From Girardia tigrina (taxonomy: Eukaryota), in contig MQRK01246887.1 of the NCBI GenBank assembly GCA_001938485.1, positions 1-49,625 on the forward strand: a stretch of DNA of 49,625 nt, written 5' to 3'. Shown here piece after piece: positions 39,875 to 49,625 of this stretch. The translations under genes and the position numbers were made by a program. The first letter of the stretch is position 1. Each line of letters begins with the position of its first letter. Below the pieces are notes generated by a model, which worked only from the letters and a program-made list of their open reading frames with translations, was not told the DNA's origin and ran no database searches.

Positions 39875-39911
39875 TGCACTGAAGATGCCGAAATGGTGAA
39901 ACGTGTATGTA
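39875..39911 (+). ncRNA. Minimal type I hammerhead ribozyme in a Penelope pseudo-LTR remnant
   Basis: TGCA-CTGAAGA-T-GCCG(AAA)TGGT-GAAA-CGTG-TA-TGTA, flanked by TATATAAAT (39843) and AATAAA (39917). Confidence 0.7.
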
Positions 39912-40906
39912 TTGTGAATAAATTTAATATTAAAAAATGACCTTTCTTTTCTTTTTTTTATTATTAATAATGCCATTATCAGTTCTAGATAATATATATA
40001 TATATATATATAACAAATCAAAGCGATGAAAATTATCAATGATTGTCATTCGAATGTTCTTTTCTTTTGTCCATTCATATTTGAATTCAAACGATGATGA
40101 AAGATATATTCGAATTATAAATAATAATTTCTCATATAAATAATAATATAAAATTTCAAAATACAAAACATATCTTTTTAGACAAATTATTAAATTTAAC
40201 GACATTTTAATATTACATTTTTAAGAATGCGAAATATTAAATTGCAATAAATTTCATTTCAAAAATTGCAAATGAATTTAGAGATAAATTCAATGAATTA
40301 CAAAATTATAAAATTATTTAACTAAATTCTTTCTTCAAAATATAACAAAAAGTACATGTAATTAACATTTTAAATGTAAAAATTGATAAAATGAGAGTTT
40401 GGATAATTATTAAAAACTTTTAGCTTAAATAATTTATTAAATTACAGGAAATATATAATATTTGAGAAAGTAGAAAAACTTATAATTATTCTAAATCTGA
40501 TTGGACAATTTAATAAATTATAATTTAAACATTCTTTTTTATTTATGTTTTTACATTTATTTTTGGGTATATTTCCTTTCTTTGATTTTTTGTAATGTAA
40601 TTATTTTTGAACATAGTTGAAAAAGTATTACATCAAAAGAATTTTTTGAAGTATGTTTTTGAGACGTATGGTGTAAGAGCTTAAACTTTAAAATATCAAT
40701 TAATGATTTTTTTTGCAGTATATATTTTGTGATATTAATGACCCAGACATTTCGTGTAAAAATATGGTATAAATAATATTAGGTTAAAAAAAATATTATT
40801 TACAAATCACAAAAATTACACAAGTAAATGCATTAATCCTTCAAATAACACAATCACATAAATTTATCCTTCAAATCACATAATCATTTTATTTGCTTGA
40901 TTCAAA

Positions 40907-40955
<49 letters not shown>

Positions 40956-41608
40956 TTCCTCGTTAAACCACCACACTTGGTTCCAGAAAAAATGATGGTT
41001 TAACGAAACATCTTTGAACCACCATTATTTTGGTTGCTTATCGAGGTTTCAATGAATTATATGGTTATCTTATACCATTATGTTTACTTATTCTAATGTT
41101 TTATAAAAAATTGGAAGTGATTTGGTCTTGAATCAAATTTTAAATTATGTCTTCAATTTTACCCCCAAATGTCGTGTTATTTCTTAGTGGCTATTCTCAT
41201 CACCAATAGTGCAAAACAACATATACCAGAAAATCTTGTATTTTTTTTAAATCAATACAGTTTATTTTGGTTTAAAATAGTTTGCGATAAAAGGCTCGTG
41301 TAAATTGTTAAGTGTCAAACGATTTATAACTGCTGACAACTTGAAAGCCACAGAAACATCTTCATCCGTCATATGTTGACTTTCTAGATAAGTCAGAATT
41401 GTATCCATGGGTCATTTAGCATCCTTAGCAGTTAGGACAAGCAATGAACCTTCGTCGTCTGAATCTTAATCAGCGTCGTCAGCATCACATAAAAGAGAAA
41501 TTAAAACATTTCTAAAAATATTCAAAAAATTCTACATCCTAAAATATATATATATAAATAAATATAAATAAATTTATTAAGTAACAAAATCAACTTATTT
41601 ATTTGTTA

Positions 41609-43243
41609 CCGTATTTGTCGGATTATAAACAGCGGCTTATATAAAAAAAATAATATAAATATAAAAGTAAAAACATCAATATATAAAAACAAAACCAATA
41701 ATTTTATTTTAAGATTATTCGATTTCCTCGAATCCATCAAAATCTTCATCATCTATTATTTGAAATGTTTCGAAAATGTGCAAAAATTCCGTTTGGATTT
41801 CTTGTAAATCTTTATCCTCACTTCCAGTTTCAATTTCTGAATCATAACCACCTTCGATATTTTCATCATAAGTTTGAATCTGCTTTCTTAAATCCATTTT
41901 TAATACACTGTGGTGTAACATCTTCCCAGCTTTTAACAATCCAATCGCATATTTCTGAATATGTCGCTCTTTTGATTTTCCCCGTTTTGTTGTAAATGTG
42001 ACAACCATTGCTAATCCAATTTTCCCAATATATTTTTAGCTTAGATTTGAACGATTTGTAAACTGATAGATCAAGTGGTTGAATGCTTTTAGTGAGGCCA
42101 CCAGGGATCACTGCAAGTTCAGAATATTTTTTTACTTCATTTTCAACTTCCTCAGTAAGATGACATCTAGTAGAATAGTATATTAAAAGTGATTTTGGCT
42201 TAAAAAAGGAATCATTTCTTTTTATCCAAATTTTTTGTATCCATTTTTTCATTATTTCACTATTTGACCATCCATTTTTATTGACTTCAACAATAATTCA
42301 TTTTGGAAAATTTTCTTTGGGCATTGTTAGTCTTTTAAATATCACCATTGGTTTACATCTTTTTCCATCGGCAGTTACAATTAATATAACTGTAAAATTA
42401 TATTTTTCATTTCCGGTTGTTTTGATCAGAATATCTTATTTTCCGTTTTCATCAACTGTCCTTGTATCTGGAATATCGAAACTAACAGAAACTTCATCCA
42501 TATTCCCAAGATTCTTCAAATCGATAACTCTCTTTTTATCTTTAATAAAAAGTAAAAATGATTATATTTTTTCTTCCCAATCAGCTGGTAACGATTGTCC
42601 AACTGAAATTACTGCTGTCATGCTTAAATTATTTCTTTTCATAAATCTTGTGCACTAACTATTCGTTCCTTTAAAATTTTCTATATTAAAATCATATTTT
42701 GCCATTTTTTTCGCTGTTAATCTAATATCAATTGTAGAAACTTTAAACGCTTTCTCCCTTTTCTCAATTACATACTTTTTAACGGCCTTTTCTAAATCGG
42801 GCCAAAGTGCAAATCCCCCTCTTTTTGCTTTCTTTTTTGTCGGCATTACGTTTAAAAGATTTTTCGATTTTCTCCAATGCAGAATGTTTTTTTTTCATTT
42901 AATTTGAATTCTCTTTCTGCTTCTCTGTTACCATGTTTTTCAGCATAAGCAATAATTTCCAATTTTCTTTCGACCGTAAAGGATCTTCTTGTTTTCTTCA
43001 TTTCAACGTGGATTTTACATTCAAATTATTTTAATAAAACAAAAATAATTAAAGTCAAAATTAAAATAATATTAATTTAAATTTAATGATTTCTCTATTT
43101 GCATAATTTAAAATAAGTTTTTGATTAAAAATTTAAAGTCACAAAAATATGCGACTTGTACGCTGTTGAATTTAATTTTCAAAATTTAAAAAAAATGGGA
43201 TGCGACTGATATGCGAGTGCGACTTATAGTCCGATAAATACGG
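41609..43243 (-). mobile_element. pogo (POGK-like) transposon with defective transposase (43001-41715)
   Basis: TIR CCGTATTT.TCGGA.TATAA. BrkDBD-like start MKKTRRSFTVERKLEII, CENP-B HTH, GNMDE, and VIPGGLTKSIQPLDLSV.KSFK (DDE_1). Frameshifts and stops are present. Confidence 0.95.
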
Positions 43244-43635
43244 TTATTCAACCCACTTGATTGCGTTTTTTCTTTACTAAACAATTTAAATATATTATTA
43301 CATTAAAAGTATCATTTTTATTTATTAAGTTATTATTTATTATTAACCCCAACAATTAAAAAGAAAAAATAGATAGTTTTTGCGCAACAATGAGGAAATC
43401 TTATTTATTTCGATTATAAATATAAGAATGTTAAAAAACTAAATAGAAAATTATTAAAATTAAACAAAAAAATTACTAACCTATTTAAAATTGTAAAAAA
43501 AATAATTTAAATTTATTAAAACAAATTTAATTAAAATAAATTGACTAAAAATTAATTTAAAAAATAAAAAATAGTAATTTCAGATATAAAGAGTGTAAAT
43601 ATTGTATTTGGATAAAATTTTTCAATTCCTAATTT

Positions 43636-43738
43636 TAATACCGATTTTCAAACTTTGTAATACCGGTATTACTGAAGTTAATTTTCCTTTCAAATACCGG
43701 TAATACCGGTTTCGATAATACCAGTATTGCAAACCTTA
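43636..43738. mobile_element. hAT-type MITE end with AATACCGGT subterminal repeats
   Basis: Five AATACC(G)GT-like units ending in ATTGCAAACC(T)TA. Confidence 0.55.
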
Positions 43739-43991
43739 TTCTACACATTCTATACACATGTCAATTCGAGACAAAATTACACTCACATTGGCGGTTTAAC
43801 GTGGAATCCATATATTTTTGTTCCTATTTTGTATTGGCAGTTTGCGGACTTTGAGGGAATGGCGGTTTAAAGAGGTTTTTAGTTGTATTTATAACGGTTC
43901 CAGAGATATCTTGGCGATTAGCGAGGGGAGACTGTATTTATATACCATAATTAAATTTTAACTAAATATTTGAACTCCAAATCCTGATATA

Positions 43992-44207
43992 TCATTTAAA
44001 TCTTTTAAAATGATCAATCAGAGTATGTTTTTTCCCGGTTCCAGGATTTCCACAGCCAATTATCGTACAATTATGACCATAAAAATGTTCGATTATCGGT
44101 TTAATTGATTCAAATAATTTCTCATCAGCATCCGCAACGAGAATCATTTCATCAAAAGCCAAACAAGAACAATTTTGATAGAGTACGTGAGCCTTGAATT
44201 GTTGCAT
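43992..44207 (-). pseudogene. Kinesin motor domain N-terminal fragment (degenerate P-loop)
   Basis: AFDEM...KLFESIKPIIEHFYGHNCTIIGCGNPGTGKKHTL parallels the kinesin consensus F.FD..F...PLV...GYN.TIFAYGQTGSGKTHTM. Confidence 0.65.
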
Positions 44208-45034
44208 TATATCATGAGTTTATTCAACAAAATTATTTCAATGAGTATTATTATTTCACACAATTTTTGTAAATCACACCAATTTTAATAATTCGAATTC
44301 AACAGTTCAAAATACAGTGCTCAACAATTTTTGTAATCTTTATTTAATTAAAAAAAAATGTGGTTAATTATTTTAATTTGTTACTTTTTTACGTTTAATT
44401 AATTATTATATGGATTTTTTTGCTATTTATTAAAATTTTATTTTTTTTTAAATTTTTGTATTTAATAATTCTATTATTAATATCTACCTGCAATTGTAAG
44501 TAGTTGAATTATTATAATTATTAATATATTTATTAATATATATCTATAAATAAATATTTATTATATATTTTTTATTTAATTATCGGCTTGCAATTGCCAG
44601 TAGATTATAGAGCGTGAGACAAACCAACAAACAAACATTAGGTAAATATATAAGTTATTTAAAATAGAACAATCTCAATTTAAAATGAAAACGTTATATA
44701 ATATTTAAACTTTTATCTAAGATGCAAAATCCTTACAGGTTTATAAATAAAATTAAAATTGATTTTTCTGCTGCAGTTGTTTCGTACTAATTTTTCGAAT
44801 AAATTTATTAATAAAAAATTACCTTGGTATGCTTTACAATTAAAAATATCATTATTCATTCTAGATTATACATATATTTGATTAAATAGACAACTTCGCA
44901 TTCATTTTACACAAATTTTAACATGGTGTATATCTGATTATCATAATTTTCATGTTTATTAAAAAATCTTAAAAATGCCTACAAATTATTTTTTTTAAAA
45001 ATTCAGAATAGTTTTTAAAATAAAAATTTGAATA

Positions 45035-45500
45035 GTTTTACCAGACATTTTAGGAGAGCAATATGTCTCTATTAATTGATGGAGTTGTAGGTTTAAGTTT
45101 TTTTTGGTTTTGGGATCATCACCGCCTGAAATCTTCTCCAGCGAGATGGTATGATATCAGCATCAATAATTTTATTAAAGAGGAAGGCGAGGAACGGACC
45201 ATCTTGCTCGCAATAATCTATATTGTCATATCTTATATTAGAAAGACTAGGACTTGTGATTGATGTGTTTTTGAGAATGGTTGCTACTTCCTCGACAGAT
45301 TTAGAACGAAAGTTGAATGTTTGGTCAGCCTTGGCATGGGGTGATTCAGACTAGTCAGAAGTTGATGATTTATCACCTTTTGAGTTTGTATATGTTTTAC
45401 TATTTCTAGAGACATCTCCCATCTACAGTTGTATTTTCCAGTATTACCTATATTGCTTTTGTCAAATATACCGAGTAGAATTTTATTAGTCATTTTCCTA
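45035..45500 (-). mobile_element. LINE reverse transcriptase N-terminal fragment
   Basis: The minus strand gives FLAFLFNKIIDADIIPSRWRRFQAVMIPKPKK...RHIALLKCLVK, matching LFN...IP..W....IPK...YRPISLL. Confidence 0.78.
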
Positions 45501-46029
45501 TTTCTTTTCATTTTCCTAGAGTTATTATTGTTTTTTATTTTTTATTCTTAGTATTAAGCATGTAATCAAATAATAATATTTCTAAATTCTCAATGTTGCA
45601 GTTTTTTATTCTTATTTTGAAATTCAGTAATAGGTAATAGCGTTGTTGTTGGTCAGTAGAATTTTTAGTTGGAATTCTTTTTTTTATTTTTTAGAATTCT
45701 TACATTTGGACAGATCTTGTATTATTTCCTTGACGATGAAGTTTATAGGTTGATCATTGTAAAATTGCCACGAGTTGTTAGCTACCTGGTACCCACTTCA
45801 TCGTGAACATCCGAAATATCAATTTTCCATCTGGGTTGGAGAAACACATTTCCAAATACTAAACAGTTGTCATGTGGAGAGATATCTTTTCTTATTTGTG
45901 CATGGTGCAAATCATTGTTTTAATCATTTTTATATTGATTATCATTTTTGTAATGACTTTGATGACCCTTTTGATTCACCCTGTGTTTTTTTTATCTTTT
46001 GACATAAAATTCAAAAAAAAATTTAAAAC

Positions 46030-46180
46030 CTCAGAAAGTCGAATATCTTGAGTTCTAGGCTTTCAGAGCAGGTGGTTCAAAGTGTATCTTATTCAGCGTG
46101 GCGAGTTATGTATATGTACCAAATTTCATCGAAATCGGAATGTGTGGGTTCGGAAGGTTCCCTAGTAAGAAGAAATCAAT
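46030..46180 (+). mobile_element. DINE-1/HINE-like fragment
   Basis: Contains the TGTACCAAATTTCATCGAAATCGG core motif typical of this repeat class. Confidence 0.45.
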
Positions 46181-46792
46181 ACGATTTAGTAATAATCTAT
46201 GCGATGGAATTAAGCAGATTAAATAGAACTAAAGATTGATCTTCTTTGAACTCATAATTGAACTACAGACAAAATAAACTATTTAATAATTACCAAGTAA
46301 GTAAATTCATTATTTATTAGTTTAACTACTCAATAAATAATTTTAAAAAATATATAAAAATAATATTTGGATTTTAACTTTGTAATAAACATATTTTTTC
46401 GCATTTTAGGTAAAAAATAAAAATTGATATATTTCGCCATTTTTACATTTCCTTTTGCACATTTCTATTTTCGCCTTTAAAATGTTATTTTATTTCTGAA
46501 TTAAAGTAGAAATGTTAAAATCAATGTTAATTAAACTTAAATTTTAATATTTTAATTTTATAGCATTAAACAATGTTGTTATAATTTTTCCAATAGAAAT
46601 AAATAAAATAAAAAAAAATAATATTTATCTTTCCTTTTCAAATTTGTTTTAGACATTTTTGTTATAACAAAATATAATAATAATAACAATTTATCAAATA
46701 TAAATTTATTCAAAAAGATTTTTAAAAATTCAGAAAAAGATGCAAAATTATTTATAAAACATTCGATACGAAATCGCGTTTCTTTGTCAAGT

Positions 46793-47688
46793 ATGACAAA
46801 CATTTCTGAATATTCTAAGGTTGAAGATATTGGTGAAGGTATATTTGGAATGGTTTACAAAGCTTTTCATCAAGAAACAAATATGATTTACACAATCAAA
46901 GAAATATAAAATGACGATTGTTTTGATATTTCAACTATAAGAGAAATACAAATTCTGAAATCTTTGGATCACAAAAATATTGTCAAGGTAAAAGATGTTG
47001 ATGAAAGGTATGATGATGAAGGATTTTACACACCTTTTTTATATTGGAATTATGTGATCAGACTCTTTTACGATGGATATCTCCAAAATCGACTTCTCCT
47101 CATTCTTATTCAATAATGAAACAATCTTTGACAGCACTTAATTACATGCATGAAAATAATTTTATCCATCGAGATTTGAAACCAGACAATATTATAAAAG
47201 ACAAATTAGATGTAATGAAAATTGCAGACTTTAGATGTGCAAGAATAATAAAGGATTGTAAAGTTAAGAAAATAGCACAATATTCCCCCGATACTGGAAC
47301 GATGTGGTATTATCCTCCTGAAATATTGCTACACGACGAATTTTACGACGAATCTGTCGATATTTGGAGCATGGAATACATTTTTATAGAGATTCTTGGT
47401 AAAGATGTTCTATTTCCAATAGAAAATGAAAATTAAGCAAATTTAATTTCAAAAATGTGTGGAAGTATAAATGAAGATTGGTCACAAGGATATGAAATAA
47501 TGGAAAATTATAAAATTTATACAAAGTCAATGAACACTATTTTAAAAGATTATTTAGATGAAGCCACTGAAAATTCTAACATAACATCATTTCTTACTCA
47601 AATGATTTCTTTAAAAATTTCAAAAAGACCATCTGCAAAATGACTTTTAAATGAACATTTTTTTAATGTACACAATATTTTATTGTAA
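46793..47688 (+). pseudogene. Intronless CDK-like (CMGC) protein kinase pseudogene
   Basis: IGEGIFGMVYKA, ISTIREIQILKSLDHKNIV (PSTAIRE-like), IHRDLKPDNI, KIADFR (DFG lost), GTMWYYPPEILL, VDIWS and KRPSA. In-frame stops at ~46908, 47434 and 47641, and a frameshift at ~47040. Confidence 0.9.
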
Positions 47689-49311
47689 ATTAATAAATAT
47701 ATAAGATAAAAAATATTGCAATTTTAAATTTATTATTTCAAAATGTTTTCACTTAAATTTTTAATATTAGATATGCTATTTAACTATACTAAAATAAAAT
47801 TAAATTAAATTTATAAAACTAAAAAATTTAGATATAAAAAAAATTTAATAATAATTTGTCTATGCATATTGTTTAAAAACATTAAAAAATATCAAAAATT
47901 ATTTAATTAACAAACTAATTTTAATAACAAATATTAAAAAAAATTATTATTAAAATTATATCAATAAATATAATGTCAAGTTTTAGTGGTTTATAGAAAT
48001 TAAACATATTCGATCCGAACAGTTTATATATTTTTTTCGTTATAATTTTCTTACAGAAGTAAAACATTTTTTTGTCAAAAAAATGTAAAATAAAATTTAA
48101 GTGAAAAGAATGTGGAATGTTTATTCTATCATTTTATTGTTTCATTTAATATGCCATTTTAAACCTTTAGCAAAATCATACAACACGGTTTAGAAAATAA
48201 ACATCAAGACTCAGTTGTTCAAATTATTAATTTAAAATAAAAAAAACTAGATTTTTAAAAAATGTTTAAAATTTTTTTTATTTTACAAAAATTTATTATT
48301 ACCCTTGTACTGGAAAACTTTACACTTTTGTTTAGTAATTGACGCAAAAATCTTTCTATCTTCTTACAATTTATTCTAATAATAAATTCAAATTTCATTG
48401 TATTCTAAAAAGCAGACAGAAAAAGAACTAAAATTTAAATCACATTGTAATTTAACAATAAAAAAAAATTTAGTGTCACCAGTGTAAAACCTGGTACAGT
48501 TCAGAGAACACAACGTTCTCTCAGATTTCCATTTGATCAGACATTTCAGTCAAATTGCATCGAAGAGATTTCGATTTGTTTTGAGTTTGATGAGAAGAAT
48601 CGTAACTGTGTAGATTGTTTGATAGTACTGTGTAGTACCAATTGATATGTGGATGTTGCTACTGGCATTCGAACTGAGTCACTTCTAAATGGCAATTATA
48701 CTGGTAAGTCTGGTACTAGGTAGCAACGATTGATATGTGGATGTTGCTAAGAAATTTGTACTAGTTTGCTACTGGCATTTGAACTGAGTTACTACTAGAT
48801 AGAAAAGTTTAGCACATTAATAGTTATGATTTTATCACATAACAAGTAATATTCGTATATTTAATAAGTAATCATAAAACAATTATTATACAATATATTT
48901 TAGGAAATTGGTTTTTATTTTTAAAAGGAAATCTTTATGATATCTGAAAGATTAATAACGCACCAATTTTATCCAAATCATTTTTGAAAAATAATTTACG
49001 TTGTCATATTCTTTAAAATTATGATAATTTTACAAAGGAGTTGCACCTCAAAATTGATTTGATTTAACCTTTTCCATTACGTTTGAATTACTTTGAAATA
49101 GATTCAATTTTCATCAGATTTTCTCAACTGTCAAACGGATAAATTTTTAATTCAATAAAATATTTAAAATATCCATTCTGGTTTATCAAGGAATTTAATT
49201 TATCAATACATTTAACAAATTTAGGAAAATATATTCAGGTAGCATTTCGTTTATGTATTTAATAGATTGTGTTATTTGACTTAATTATATTTAAAGGAAA
49301 TTATATATCTA

Positions 49312-49625
49312 CTAGTAAAAAACCCGTCATATATGACCCGTTTAAAGTTTTTAAATCCAGTTGGTGATTTTTGTTTTCGTTTATGTGTAATCATGTATAT
49401 CAATAATTCTGATAATTTAAATAAAAGTAAATTTGCTACACAGAATAAGAAATTAAATAATTTAAGAAAATTATTTGGAATTTTTAAATTTGATGTTAAA
49501 AATACTTTGTACCTTATTCTGAAGGATTTAAAAACTTTAAAAATGCATTGTTAAAAGCAACTAACAATGAATTAAATTTAAAAATTAAATCACGATCTCA
49601 TAAAATTCAAAATATGTTCAGTAAT
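49312..49625 (-). mobile_element. Helitron-like element 3' terminus (continues beyond the window)
   Basis: Minus strand: GTCATATATGAC palindrome, then GGGTTTTTTA-CTAG|T. Confidence 0.55.

Larger units (their letters stand above)
40950..43934 (-). mobile_element. Older Tigger-like element hosting nested insertions
   Basis: Imperfect TIRs AGTCTTTCCTCGTTAA / TTAGCGAGGGGAGACTG|TA. The minus strand at 41270-41490 encodes an acidic Tigger-type C-terminus (DSDDEG...TILTYLESQ...IANYFK). Confidence 0.6.

Noticed and set aside
1-49625. CRISPR arrays, rRNA, tRNA or prokaryotic operons
   Set aside because: None seen; the DNA is eukaryotic and its repeats are TE-derived or microsatellites.

Overview
Very AT-rich eukaryotic (metazoan) genomic DNA. 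Composition, ~47-nt introns and the TE and receptor repertoire suggest a freshwater planarian, but this is inference. One intact host gene is visible: the large coding exon (4794-5846, +) of a 5-HT7-like serotonin GPCR covering TM1-TM6. I could not find its TM7/C-terminal exon, so the remaining ~43 kb may be one giant intron. The rest is mostly decayed transposons: Gypsy integrase remnants and LTRs, Tc1, mariner, pogo/Tigger, piggyBac, hAT, Mutator-like and Helitron/HINE-like elements, LINE fragments and Penelope remnants carrying minimal hammerhead ribozymes. Intronless pseudogenes are also present (CDK-like kinase, kinesin motor, SH3-like). The most unexpected signal is a minus-strand unit at ~30860-31340: four consecutive 47-57 nt GT-AG introns separating 22-31 nt repeated micro-exons, followed by a ~70-nt pre-miRNA-like hairpin. 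A fixed-spacing motif, TCTCC-HACN-CAGATGG, recurs six times, mostly in otherwise diverged LTRs. Two assembly gaps are present.
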